The notes under the pieces were generated by a model. That model saw nothing but the letters and a program-made list of their open reading frames with translations. It was not told where the DNA came from and did not search any database. A program made the translations under genes and the position numbers. Shown here piece after piece: positions 33,633-46,041 of a stretch of 64,000 nucleotides of DNA. The DNA comes from Selaginella moellendorffii. Taxonomy: Eukaryota > Plantae > Lycopodiophyta. Within the stretch, counting starts at the first letter, position 1. Every line of letters starts with the position of its first letter. Where the stretch lies: NCBI RefSeq assembly GCF_000143415.4, contig NW_003314265.1, forward strand, positions 980,815 through 1,044,814, given 5' to 3'.

Positions 33633-34371
33633 TTTTGTCTCGTTATGTATTATATTGACACACTTATTTTATAAATTATTTGTAAAAAGTGTTCAGATCT
33701 GTTAATTATTTGCATTTATAGAATGTAGAGATTGTTCTATTTCATATTTAATAAGTTATCTCTTGGGTAGAAAAAAGAATTTTATATTATTAAAAAAAAA
33801 TTGATTTGCTTAGGGTAGTGAATATACCTAAAATATGTTTGGGTATTTTAGAATTTTCTACCATCTAACAGTTGTTTTTTTATTTAGATAATCTTGTATT
33901 TATAATTTATAAACATGTTTATAATCTATAAACTTTGTTAAACCCTTTTTAGTATATTCTTTTTTATTCTATCATCTAATGGTTGATATGTAATAAAGTT
34001 AATCTTGTGTTTATAAATTTAAGATTAACTTTTATAAATTTATATACATGCTTATAATTATAAACTTCATTTGATAAAAATAATTAAGCAAACCAAGTGT
34101 TGTTACATGCAACGCGTAGCAATTTATTAATTGATTGAGAAATAAATTAATAATTAATAGAGGTTTAGGGTTTAACTCCTGAATTTAATTTACTGTTCAT
34201 TAGAAAACTTTGACAGGATATTCTTTGGTATAACAAAAATACTCTAAGAATATTCTAGTCAACGGTGGGCTTTTCGTTGACTTGGCTCCCCGTTTGTGCA
34301 AATCCCTCCTGCTGGAAACTCCTGGCCGGCCAGCGAAGCTCAGCCATGTCTTCCACATTCCTACCTTAACC

Positions 34372-35391
34372 TTACAATGACATGGCTGAGAAAAGTTCTG
34401 TTAAAAACAGAGTAACAACAGGTGAATCAAATTTTGGAACTGTGATCGTGATCAGTCCGGCCGGCTCATCCACAGCAACTCTCGCTTCCAAGACCCCAGA
34501 AGTAGCATCAAATTTGAAGCTGCGACAAATATACAGGTACCAGACTCTCAGTGTCAAAAGGCGCCTCGACCTTCTTCCAATCGGCCCTGCACAACAAGCA
34601 GGCTGCAACTGAATGATTCCACAACAATCGTATCGCCCTCGGCTCCTGTTGACTACGACACCCGCAGCTTACGATGTACCGGATCTGGCACCATTTCATT
34701 GAGCATACACAGGACAAAGAGGCCTACGACCGAGTTTACACTGAGCTTGAAGCAGCGAACGTGTATGTGGCACCTCAAATTTGGGAAGTCCTCTGGAATC
34801 AGCCACCAGCTCTGCTCTGACCACCACGTCCTCGAGATAGCCTATCGTACTCTCGCCGGCGAATTTGTCTGTTGGCATTGCGTCCCTGCCCCCGCCTTCA
34901 GCACTGTCAGCTATGGTAATCAAAGTTAGAAGAGAACCTGAGAAACTGATACCAAAACTCTCCAAGTAAATGTTGCCAAAGCCATGCACGTTGTACTTAT
35001 CCAGTTCCTTGTTCGTGGCGACTCTTCTCACACTCTCTTGCAGGCTCGGGCCGTCGGGCAGGCCAAGAAACAGATTTTTTTCGGCCTGGCAGATTGCAAA
35101 TTTGAGGAAGTCGAAACAAGGATTTGACTCCTCGCTGTAGCCATACTTCTGATCGCTCGAACAAGATCAAGCTGCAAAACTCACACCCACAAAACTCACA
35201 ACTGTAACAAAACATGTAAAGAAGAAGAGCGTACCAGCCCTGAATCCCGCGGCATGGGCAGTTCCTGTGAGAAAGAGTGGAGTGCGGGGATATTTCTGAG
35301 GTAGTCCCGGTAGTGATCATAATCGGCAGGCCTGAACTCGGTGTAGTCGTCACCCAGCAGCTCTGGTGAGCCTGCCTCTTCCCTCGGCCAT
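34372..35391 (-). pseudogene. frameshifted gene relic, possibly with a C-terminal HSP20/alpha-crystallin-like segment
   Basis: GC-rich coding-like stretch with one apparent intron and several frame breaks. Ends EARVAVDEPAGLITITVPK, resembling the ACD 'GVLTITVPK' motif. Confidence 0.35.
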
Positions 35392-35489
35392 AAACCCTTT
35401 TGGGTTGGCGCTACTAATTTTGTAAAATTTCTCTTTTTATTATTACATGTTTAAGATCGACAATGGTGATCTTGCCAAAAACCACAATA

Positions 35490-37283
35490 TTAAGGCATAT
35501 TCAACGAATCTTTCAAGCTATTACACAGCACAATGTAAGCCTCGCTGTTATGAGGCTGGAGCTCCAAAACTTTCCTTGCGATCCTCTCGCTCCTCTCGAC
35601 ATCGCCATACATTTTACACGCTCCAAGCAAGCACGCCCAGATCCCATCGTCGGGCTCCAAGCCCATCTTCTTCACAAAGTTCTCGGCCTCCTCCAGCCAC
35701 CCTGCTCGTCCCAGCATGTCCGTGACGCAGCTGTAGTGCTCCATCGCCGGCTCAAGCCTGTGATCATCCCGGATCGACGTAAAGATCTCGCAGCCTTGCT
35801 TCACCAAACCGGCGTGGCTACACATCGAGAGAACGCTGATGAAAGTCACCCTGTCCGGCTTGGATCCATCCAGCAGCATCCGGCCCAGCAGCTCCAGCGA
35901 TTCATCGGCGTCGCCGTTCTGGGTGTGCACCGCGATGATCGAGTTCCAGGCCACCGCGCACTTGTGCTTGAGCTGCTTGAAAGCTTGTCTCGCGTCTCCG
36001 ACGCTCCCACACCTCCCGTACATGGAGACAACCGCGCTGACAGTGACGGGGTCGTCGATCTTCTCGGAGCTGATCTTCGCGTGGAGAAATCTCGCGTCTG
36101 GAAGCGCTGCCTTCTCCGAGCACGCGTTGGCGAGCGTGAGATACGTGACCCTGTTCGGCCTCACGGAGCTTTGCTGCTGCATCTGCCGAAAAAGATCGAA
36201 CGCCAGCCTCGGCTGCCCGTTCTCGGCATAGCCCCCGATCATGGCGGTCCATAAAACCACGTCTCGCTGGATCATCCGGTCGAACACCACCTTCGCCTGC
36301 TCGATCTCTCCGCATTTGCTGTACATGTTTACCAACGCAGTCCCGACCACCATGTCCGACTCGAGTCCTTTCTCGCCAGCCATCCCGTGAATCACTTTGC
36401 CGTGGCGTAGCATCGCTGGATCTCCACAGGCGTTGAGCGCCGAGGCCAAAGTTATGTCGCACAGAGCGACGCCCTCGAGCACCATCTTGTGGAAGAGCAC
36501 CAAGGCTTCGCTGGACGAGTTCTCCGAGTAAGCAGTGATCATCGCGGTGTATGAGATCCGGTCGTGAGCTTCGATTGACTCGAAGGCCGCTCTCGCGAGC
36601 TCCAGGCTCCGGCATTTGCTATACATCCCAAGAACTGCAGTGCCAACCACGGTGTGAGATCCAAATCCAGCCTCTACAATGCATTCGTGCACGAACCTGG
36701 CATTGCCGAGAGATCCTAGAGCCCCAGCGGTGTTGACAATCGATGTGAAAGTGATCCTGTCCGGCGAGACCCCCGAGAGAAGCATCTTACGGAACAAGAC
36801 CATCGCATCGCCAAAATGCCCGGCAAAGGTAAATGCCGAGATGAGAGAAGTCCATGCCACAACGTTCTGGTCCTTCATCCGATCGAAGACGTCGAGCGCC
36901 AGATCCGTGCAGCCACACCGCAGATACATCTGGATGACGATGTTTTCCAGCAGCGATTCGTCAGGCCTCTCGTCTTGAAGGAGCGATTCCCTCATGACGA
37001 GCCCGTGAACGCGCTTACCCTCGGGAAGAGCTCGCAGATCGCTACAGGCCGTGAGAATCGCCGCGCAAGCCGAAATTTCTGCCTGGACCTCCCGGGCCTC
37101 CATCTGCTCCAGCAGCCGCTTCATCTCCGCCCATTCTTGCGGCGTCGGGATCTCGCGGCGCAGGCTCTTCTTGATCCCAACCTTCCCGCTGCTGCTGTTG
37201 GATCGATCTCTTGGCGAGGAGGAATTTGGCGCCCATCGATCGATCGATCGATCGAGCACGGAATGCGCGGCATGACTAGCCAT
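35490..37283 (-). CDS. PLS-class PPR protein with E domain, no DYW
   Basis: 597-aa intronless ORF with PPR repeats and E motifs WACLLGACKMYG and AYIVLCN. Confidence 0.9.
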   Translation of the reverse strand: MASHAAHSVLDRSIDRWAPNSSSPRDRSNSSSGKVGIKKSLRREIPTPQEWAEMKRLLEQMEAREVQAEISACAAILTACSDLRALPEGKRVHGLVMRESLLQDERPDESLLENIVIQMYLRCGCTDLALDVFDRMKDQNVVAWTSLISAFTFAGHFGDAMVLFRKMLLSGVSPDRITFTSIVNTAGALGSLGNARFVHECIVEAGFGSHTVVGTAVLGMYSKCRSLELARAAFESIEAHDRISYTAMITAYSENSSSEALVLFHKMVLEGVALCDITLASALNACGDPAMLRHGKVIHGMAGEKGLESDMVVGTALVNMYSKCGEIEQAKVVFDRMIQRDVVLWTAMIGGYAENGQPRLAFDLFRQMQQQSSVRPNRVTYLTLANACSEKAALPDARFLHAKISSEKIDDPVTVSAVVSMYGRCGSVGDARQAFKQLKHKCAVAWNSIIAVHTQNGDADESLELLGRMLLDGSKPDRVTFISVLSMCSHAGLVKQGCEIFTSIRDDHRLEPAMEHYSCVTDMLGRAGWLEEAENFVKKMGLEPDDGIWACLLGACKMYGDVERSERIARKVLELQPHNSEAYIVLCNSLKDSLNMP

Positions 37284-37382
37284 TCAAACCCATGAACCCT
37301 AAACTCTGAAGTCAAGAGCATCACGACACGAATGCGATACTTCGATAGTCCAGTCTAGCGCTAGGGATTGCGACTGGCAGCG

Positions 37383-38949
37383 ATGGAAGGGCATCTTGCT
37401 TTCGCGGCGATCATCTTGGGGTTTCTACTGTTCGTGTTACGCGCAAGAAAATCGCGAGATCGAGCAGCGCTCCCTCCAGGTCCGTTCCAATGGCCCTTGA
37501 TCGGCTGCTTGCCCTCCTTCCCCTTCCATCACAGACACCGCGGATTCTTGGAGCTCTCCAAGAAATTCGGCCCCATTGTCACCATGCCAATTGGCTCCTC
37601 CAAAATCTTCCTCGTCCACGGCAAAGATCTGGCTATGGAGGTTCTCCGATTCAAGGACGCGCAATTCTCGTCCAGGCCGCTGTCCATGACCGGGAAATAC
37701 ATCGGATTCGAGCACAGCGATCCCAATCTCTGCCCGCTCAACGAGAACTGGAGAGTGGTGCGCAAGGCTTTCAGCAACGAGCTCATGGCGCCGTCGCGAT
37801 TGAGCTCCCAGGCATGGCTTCGCCGAGAAGAGGTCCTCAAGATCGTGGACTCCCTGCTAGGAATCACCGGCCACGGGAGAGATTGGGCGAGCGTCGATGT
37901 GAGGAAGATCGCGGAGGGAGTTGTGGGAAGGATCATCATGCGAATGCTCTTTGGCGATCACTACCTCGGGAAGAACATTGACAACCCAGATGCCGGGAGG
38001 ATCACCCGCGAGCTCGAGCGAGAATTCGAGAAATATCTGGCAGAGGGGAACTTCCTGTGGGGAGAACTCAATCTGGCAGACTACTTTCCAGCGCTGGGCA
38101 TTTTCGATCTCCAGGGGCTCGAGGGGAGATTCAAGAGACTGATGAGCAAGCTCGAGCCTCTCTTCACGATGATCATCCAGGAGCACAGGAAGAACACTGT
38201 GATGATCCAGGATGAAAAAGGCAAGGACGTGATCGACGTGCTACTGCAAAACCAGCTCTCGGACAAGCAAATCATGGGAATTCTCAGCGTAGGCTTCTTG
38301 GTTGTTCTTATTCTCTCTCTAACATGCTTTGATGTTATAGGACGCCTTGCTCCCGGGGATCGGCACGACTTCCGCGGCGGTCGAGTGGGCGATGGCGGAG
38401 CTGGCCGCAAATCCCCACACCCTCTCGCGAGCCCAGCAGGAGCTTGACAGCGTCGTGGGAAGATCACGGCTCATGGACGAATCGGCCATTCCATCGCTCC
38501 CCTATCTCCAAGCCATCGCCAAGGAAGTTCTCCGCCTCCATCCCTCGGCACCGCTGGACGACCCCCACCTCAACGAGGAGGAATCCTCCCTGGGCGGCTA
38601 CGCCATCCCCGCGAAATCCACCATCTTCGTCAATCTCTGGGCGCTGGGGCGGGACGATCGGCTGTGGAGCGACGCGTCGCGATTCGATCCGGACAGATTC
38701 CTCGGCACGGAGATTGGCGTCCATGGCAGCCACTTCGAGCTCCTCCCATTCTCGTCGGGCCGGAGGCGATGCCCGGCCCACGCGCTCGCGATGATCAAGC
38801 TCCAGCACATCGTCGGCGCCCTCGTGCACGGATTCGACTGGAGTAGCGCCGGCGCGGTGGATCTCATCGAGGGCAATGGAATCATCGCCAGCCCTAGAAC
38901 TCCGCTGAGGCTGCGAGCAAGACGAAGACTAGACGACGAAGCATATTAG
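37383..38949 (+). CDS. cytochrome P450, CYP71-clan (A-type); intron 38289-38340
   Basis: Membrane anchor, LPPGP, K-helix KEVLRLHP, FDPDRF and heme motif PFSSGRRRCPA. The single phase-0 intron sits at the conserved I-helix position. Confidence 0.92.
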
Positions 38950-39146
38950 CCGCATTAAGTATATTCGTAAGAATCGTGGTTAAGCATATTCTTAGGAATC
39001 GTTTGGGCCACTTGGCCACCTTGTTTAGGACCACCCTTCTCATTGTATAAATGTGGCCACTGGGGACCATTAGGGTTTCATATTGTGGTAGTATAGGGGG
39101 GAAGGAGAGCGCATTTTAGCGCGCGCTCTCTTTAGGTAGGAAAAAA

Positions 39147-42100
39147 ATGGCGGTGGCGCCAAATCCAACGACGCCACTGGATGGAGCGAGGTGGAGCGCG
39201 AGCTGCGAGAGCAGCGGGCGGGACGGCGATGAGGCGCGGGCGGGATTGGAATTCGCAGCGTCGGATGGGAGGATTGGTGGGAGCGCCAAGGAGCAGCTGC
39301 TGGAGGAGCTCGTCTATGGCGAGTGGGATGAGGCGGACGAGGAGGAGGACGAGGATTGGGAGCCCGGGTCGACGCTGGAGCTCCGGGTGCGATGGTTTTG
39401 TGTTAATTGCACAATGCCCAATGTGGAAGAGAGCACGCATTGCAAGGTGCGTCTAAGGGCTTTCATTGTCTCGCTGTGCTTAGCGTCTTTTCTTCTTTCT
39501 TTCCGACATTCCCAGCTTTGTTCGGAGCATCGCTACTCTGGAATTTTGAATCAAGGACACTTGGCGCCAGCATTTACTCAAGCTGGCACTGATGAGCTTG
39601 CCAAAGGTGTGATTCTTCGCTGTTTTACTTTGGACATGACAAGCATCTGTTGTCTAGATGTCAAGGCCCTCAAGCGCTTATCCGTGAGGAGAACTGCGAT
39701 TGGATATGATGATCGAATGCTGCTACACGCAGAGGTATGAGACCCAATCACATTGTTGGTGTTCTTTACCTCAGGTGGTCTGTTTGCCACAGTTTCAAAT
39801 GAAATCCAATCCTCATCCAGAAAGGCCAGACCGTCTACGGTCGATCCTGGCGGGCTTTACAGCAGCTGGTGTGCATCCTCCTCCGGCGTTAAGATTGCTA
39901 AAGGTCACCAGTTAATGCCTTGTATTTGGAATGTAGGATTGTATCCAGGGGGGTGCATTCTGATACCTGCAAGAGAGATCACTCGAGTTGAACTGGAGAC
40001 AGTGAGTACTAATGCTTCGAAATTTTTTGTTCTCGATCGCTCATTTTTTTTTTTATGTTCTTTGTTGAGCTCGGCAGGTTCACACACACGAGCACGTCGA
40101 GGTTGTTGAGGCAACGTCGAGTTTAGAATCTAGGTACACTGCTTTTTCTTTGTTTTTCATTTGGTCCACTGAATGACAAGGATGATTGAAAACATCTCGC
40201 GGTTTCTCAGTTACTTTACATCGGACACTTACGCTAACGGTCATTCGGCGTTAGCAGCGAGGCTAGCTGCTGGTGTCTGTGCTGATTTAGCATCAGCGAT
40301 TTTGAGTGGCCAAGTCGACAATGGTTTTGCCTTGGTGAGTGGTGGTTATACTAAACCAGAGATTGCTTTCTGATAATTTTTCCAATATTTTCCGGCAGGT
40401 AAGACCGCCGGGACATCATGCCGAAGGAGCGACCGTGATGGGGTTTTGCTTGCATAATAACGCATGCATAGCTGCCAAAGCATCTCAGGCCGCTGGTGCC
40501 AAGAAAGTTTTGATAGTTGATTGGGTGCGTTCCTGTCACCGCTACCTTCTTTATGTCAAACCTCTTACAACGCGACTTGCAGGATGTTCATCATGGTAAT
40601 GGAACGCAAGAGATTTTCGAGCACGATCCATCCGTACGTGCCTCTTTGTGTGTTTTTCTTTCCATTTTCTACTTTGAAAACTCAGTCTAATTCACGGTGA
40701 TTTGTTGTAGGTGCTGTACATTTCACTACATAGGCATGAAGGAGGCTTGTTTTATCCGGGAAGTGGAGCCGCTCATGAGGTATGTATAGTTTCTCCATTT
40801 ACTTCCGTCTTTCTTGACTTTACGTCTCTTTACTCAACAGGTCGGGTCGGGTCCTGGAGAAGGATTTTCGATAAACATACCATGGCCATGTTCTGGAATT
40901 GGTGACAATGACTACATTGTTGCCTTCCAACATATCGTACTTCCTATAGGTATGTTCGAATGTTCCTACTGTCAAAGTTTCCTGACTACAGTTGGATTTC
41001 AGCAAAGCAGTTTGCACCGGATATTACGATTGTGTCGGCGGGCTTTGACGCCGCACGGGGAGATCCTCTGGGAGGCTGCCAGGTACATGAGCGGCGGCTG
41101 CAAAGATGTTTTTATCACTCACTCCTTCGTTCGCTTGTGTTTCAGGTGACCCCTGCCGGTTTTGCACAGATGACGCAGTTGTTAAGTACAGTTTCTGGGG
41201 GAAAGCTCCTAGTAGTTTTGGAAGGCGGGTATGGTTTTTCTCATGCAAAAAGTATACAATGGTTGTTAACGCCGTTTGTAGATACAACTTGAGGTCGATC
41301 TCTGCCTCTGCGACGGCAGTATTGAGAGTGAGCTTCTTGTGATTTCTATAATGTCTGTGACCGAAAGGAAGTGATTTCGCAGGTTCTGTGCGGAGAGGCC
41401 CCGGAAAGCTTAGACGACGAAGAGCTCCTGCCAAGTGAAGCGGGATGGGCTACAGTGCTCGAGGTTTACGCTGTACAGTCGCGGTATTGGTCAGCTTTGT
41501 GCCTTCCAGCCTTCATGAAGTTCACTTCACAGCACATCAATGGGCACTTGAAAGGTGAGCCAAGCTTTTCTTTTTTTATTTCCTTGTTTTACTCCGAATT
41601 CTTGCTCCTGCCAGTTTGTTTTTGCCTCTCTTTTTTTCTGTCTTCCATTTTTTGTTCTTCTTGCGCTCATCCGGCTCTACTTTTTGGGCAGAGCCTCTTC
41701 TACCTGCTGCCGAAGTTGGATGACCTGCTTCCTTGGAAAAGCTTGCCCGTCTAGATAGCCTCCATTCCACTCCTTTTGAACCGGGCGAGGAGCATGTATG
41801 CTGCTTCGTTCTCAAATCCAGGGAGAGTGAATGCCGCTAGCCAGACTGCTGAATCCCACAGTGCTTCACTGCTGCGTCCCGAGTCCTGCCTGTAAATTCC
41901 ATCCGGAGAGGCCTGCGATTGATAAGTTGTTTCCCTTTTGGCGGAACAAAAGAATTGATACTTCCAACGCTTTCAGAGAGGTAGCTGCTTCCGGTCCTGT
42001 ATAGCTGCTTGTTTCTTACGTACGTCCTGTTTTCTCGAGTGCCACTGACGCTGTTAACGTGCACAACTTTGACTTCGTGGATGGTTGTAGCATCCAAGCG

Positions 42101-42203
42101 GCCAAAGCGTGATAAGCATCCCCGTGTGGTTGCGCGGCCAATCTGGTGGACGTGGGGGCGGAAGAGATTGGTGTATAAACACTGGTTTGGCACCCGGCTG
42201 TGA
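39147..42203 (+). CDS. HDA15: class II histone deacetylase with RanBP2-type zinc finger (HDA15-like)
   Basis: WFCVNCTMPN zinc finger, HPERPDRL, RPPGHHA, GFCLHNN, DWDVHHGNGTQ, SAGFDAARGDPLG, LEGGYNL and C-terminal PIWWTWGRKRLVY. Confidence 0.9.
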
Positions 42204-42273
42204 GCAAGCGCTCCAGTCTGTTGTTGTCTTCTATTGCATTCGAGCAGTTATTTGTAGATGCCACTGAATGGGA

Positions 42274-43291
42274 TTAAAATTTTGCGTTGTCTTTGAGAAA
42301 CTTGACAGCTTCTTGCTGCAAAAACGTAACACTGATCAACCCAAAATGAAACTTACTATAAGCTTACCATGACAATTAGCAAAAGGCAGCCCAGTGTGCT
42401 CGGGAATAGGATGTACCACCACTGTAGGTGATGGAACTTGGGTCCATCGATGAAGAGCAGTGGCAGTCCAGCAGCTGCAAAAGCAATGCTTAACAGTAGC
42501 CAGGCAGGAAAATGGAAGATGAAAAAGAGCTATCAACTCACCTGGAGGATGGAGACACTTCGTGATCTCCATAAACACGATGGAAGCCGAGAGAGCAACG
42601 CTTCTGGCCATCCATCCAGGGCCAAATGCCGCTAGAGCCAACACGCCGATCAAAGAACAGCCCATATGTGCCATCAACACGTTATATCTCTGCGAAGAAG
42701 AAAAAACCAAACAAAAATATTTAGAAGCCCAACCTATGTGCCAAGAGACAAGGAGCCGGCTCTTGGAGCGTCCAAGAGGCACTGTCCAGCAGAGAATGGA
42801 AAAAAGGAAGGAGCGATCATTCGATGGAGGAAAGAAAGAATAGATTGATCGATCGATCGCTTACTTGAGCTGCCGGAGCATTGGGAGTGGCAAAGAGCAC
42901 GCAGCACACGGCGCCGAAAGGAGCGATGAGGAAGGAGAGCCCCTTCTGCTGGAGATGCTTGTCCAGGACGCTCATCGCGGCCATGGACGCAAACGCGCCT
43001 GCGCAACATCCATGGAAATATTTCAAGCAAGAAAGAATTCACCGATCGAGAACGACCGCCCAGGATCGCAATACCTGCCGATGGCCACACCAAATCACTG
43101 AGACTGGGCGCCGGAGACGAAGATCGCGACGAATTCGCAGACGCCGCCGACGAGCTGGCAGAAACAATCGATCTCCTCCTGCGCAAGAAAATCGCGCCTG
43201 GAGGAGAGGAAGAAGAAGAGCAATGCAGCGAGATGCGCGATCCAATCGGACCGACACTCGACGCGGGAGAGAGCTTGAGCACCATCGCCAT
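42274..43291 (-). CDS. HPP-family plastid membrane protein (NITR2-like nitrite transporter family)
   Basis: Transit peptide, LSDLVWPSAGAF, IAPFGAVCCVLFATP, RYNVLMAHMGC, CLHPPAAGLPLLFIDGPKFHHL and terminal EAVKFLKDNAKF*. Confidence 0.88.
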
Positions 43292-43493
43292 GTTCTGTTT
43301 TTAGGGTTTATCCAAGAAGGAATATCTCTTGAATCTTTTTCAAAATCAACGGCTGGAAGCCAACGGCCGAGATTCTGTACGAGCGCCACGGGCAAACTAG
43401 CGAATGAGCGACACGAGAGAACCAAGTAGACGAAGACACACACGCAAATTTTAGGGCTCTTCCTCTGCCCTGTCGTGCGGCACATTTTCTCCC

Positions 43494-44097
43494 ATGGACG
43501 ATCCCGGCGCTCGTGAAGAGGAAGAAAATCCTCCAATCCTTCTGGACTTGCGATCAAGCCGGTGAGAAAAAAATAGGAAAAAAATAACTTGATCGCGAAG
43601 AACAACAAGGGTTTTACAGTACTGACGCGACTGGGACGACGGACATCCGGCTCACAAAGCTTGGCAGCTCCATCGCGATCACCATAGCTCTCCTCTGGGC
43701 AGCCTTGCTCATCCTCAAGTTCCACATCGTCCTGGAGCTCCAGCCCTTCGCTCGGACCTCCCGGGACTGGTCGCCACTCCAGCTCTCGTGCTTCCTGGGG
43801 ATCGAGATCGGCCTCCTCACAATCTTCGCGCTCTTCATCCTCCTCATCCCGGCGATGATCCTCACCTGGACCACCGCGCTCCTCTTCGACTACGCTTGCA
43901 GCAGAGGCCTGGCCAGGCGGCAGCTCCTCATCCAAGACGGCAACCAGCTCGCCAGGGAGATCGTCTTCGGCACCCTCAAGAGCATCGTCCGAGAAGGCAA
44001 CTTCATCGCTGTGCTCGTCGCCCTCGGCGTCCTGCTGGGTGCCTTCTTTTCCTCCCAGATCCTTGCCTTCCAGGGAAAAGTTTTCAACTTCTGGTGA
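43494..44097 (+). CDS. small multi-pass membrane protein of unknown function (intron about 43562-43618)
   Basis: Spliced in frame: MDDPGARE...SSR|TDATG...LLIPAMILTW...REIVFGTLKSIVREGNFIAVLVALG...*. Confidence 0.7.
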
Positions 44098-44576
44098 TCT
44101 CGTTCTGCGTTTCTTCTTTTCTCCGTTGGAAGCTTTCAACTTCTGGTGATCTTTCTTCGTGGCTTGAACTGTGAATATACTACACTTTTGTCGTCAAGTT
44201 CTTCCCTGCTTTCTATCCTTTTGCCTTCCAGAGTAGTCGAGTTCTTACCTGCTTTTCCCCCCGGTGCCTGTACAAACATAGGCCTCCCTGCCACTCAGTA
44301 CTGAAACTCCCTCGCGAAAAATAATCCCACTGCGCCACCTTTCAGCACTAGCCAGCCAACGTTGCTTTCCGGACTGCGATGTCCAGCCAGAAAGCCCACT
44401 GCCCAGACCAGTCCAGGAATCCCCCCAAACCAAAAAACAAATATAAACCCCGACCAAAACTTCCATCCCTGTGCTGCTTGCCAGCTCTACGAGCATCTCG
44501 CCGCCACCGCCCAGCCCTACTAAAAGCCATCCCCGTACTGCTGCCAACCCTGGAAAACTAGAATCCAAAACCACTA

Positions 44577-45719
44577 TCATCCCAGCGCCTTCCGCAAGTG
44601 AGTCTTCTGCTCTTGATTCAACTTGCTCGGAAACTTGATGTCGAACTTTACTCTGAGATTCCCCTTCCTGCCCGGCTCCTTCGCAATCGGCATCCCCTCG
44701 CCACGAACTACCTTCTCGTATCCCGGGTAAACTATGTCCGCTACTGGAATGTTGAGCATCCTGCCGTCTAGAGTCCGGATGGACACCGTCGTGCCGGTGA
44801 GAGCGTCGGCCAGCGGCACCTTGTGGACCATTATCAGATCGTTGCCATCTCGCTTGAAAACCTCGTGCGGACGCTCATCGATCACGAACACAAGGTCCGC
44901 CGGGACAACGTTTGGCTGCTCGTTGCCCTTCTCAGGGAAAGTGATCTTGGTCCCCTTCTTCCACCCGGGCTTGACGTCGATCGTGAGGATCTCCTCGATG
45001 GGCACCGTCTTACTGAGCAAGCGAATGAGTCGTAGGAAAAAAGAGAGAAGTTTTCAAGAGCTTTTTACCCGGAAGCGTCGGCAATGTTCCTTGATATCTT
45101 CATCTTCCGCGTGGATCCATTGTAGAGCTCATCGAGAGAGCACGTAAGCTTGTTCTCTACCGCGGCGGCCTTCCTAGGACCCGAAGAGGGCCCCCCGCCA
45201 TCGCCAAACGATCGGAAGATGCTCTCGCCAAACATGGAATCGGCAAAGCCCGAGCGCCCCGACCTCCCCATCCCCATCCCGGCAAACGGGCTGGAGCTCC
45301 CGAAAAACTCGGCGAAGATGTCCTCAGCGTTCCTGGGATTGAATCGAAAGACGTGTTCGGTCCCGTTGGAGAATCCGGTGGCGCCGCCGCCGCCGCCAGC
45401 GCCGGGAGGAGGCACCTGTCCCTTGAGCCCCTCCTCGCCATACTGATCATAGATTGCGCGCTTCTGGGAATCGCTCAGCACCTACAAAGGAGAGGAGGAA
45501 TCAAAGATTTCCATACCCTAGGCTAGAAATGTGTGAGAAATCTCTGGCGCTCACCTCATAGGCCTCGGAAATCTGCTTGAATTTCGCCTCGGCCTCCTTC
45601 TTGTTCTTGGGATTCTTGTCGGGGTGCCATTTCATCGCCAGCTTCCGGTAGGCCTTCTTGAGATCGTCCTCGGACGCGCTCTTGCCCACCTTGAGCACAT
45701 CGTAGTAATCACACCCCAT
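44577..45719 (-). CDS. type II DnaJ/Hsp40 (DNAJB-like), 3 exons
   Basis: J domain with [10 protein letters not shown] region and C-terminal domain [21 protein letters not shown]. Confidence 0.95.
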
Positions 45720-45960
45720 CGCGGCGCCCGGATTTCACGAATTCCCGCCGCTGCGATGCATACCTGCGCGCTGGCGATCACGGCGGCGTCAAGATCTCGC
45801 GATTGCTCGCGCGGGGAGAAACCACGATCTCCGTCGCCGTCGCTTGGACGCTCTAAAAAACCGACCTAGAAAAATCGTCACACAAAAAAATGAAACTCCT
45901 TACCTATAAGGCCCAAAAGATCGATTCCCCGTTCGATTCCCAACCACCCAAAAAGAAGCA

Positions 45961-45988
45961 GTCACGGGTTCGATCCCCGGCAACGTCA
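45961..45988 (+). pseudogene. 3' fragment of a tRNA (Asp-like)
   Basis: GTCACGGGTTCGATCCCCGGCAACGTCA matches the T-arm and acceptor 3' strand of plant tRNA-Asp(GTC) (…GTCAC…CGGGTTCGATCCCCGGCAACG). The 5' half is absent. Confidence 0.5.
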
Positions 45989-46041
45989 AGTTCTTTTAGT
46001 TTAGTTAAAGAGCTGGTTATGGTAATCTTCTTCGTCTTCCT

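Noticed and set aside
35367-35391. miR408-like sequence (ctgcctcttccct) or plantacyanin-like start MAEGRG on the minus strand
   Set aside because: No precursor hairpin, mismatches at the miRNA 5' end, and the ORF stops after 13 codons with no plantacyanin motifs.
43039-44139. 366-aa minus-strand ORF
   Set aside because: Antisense shadow of the plus-strand membrane-protein gene running into the HPP 5' region; no coherent domain.
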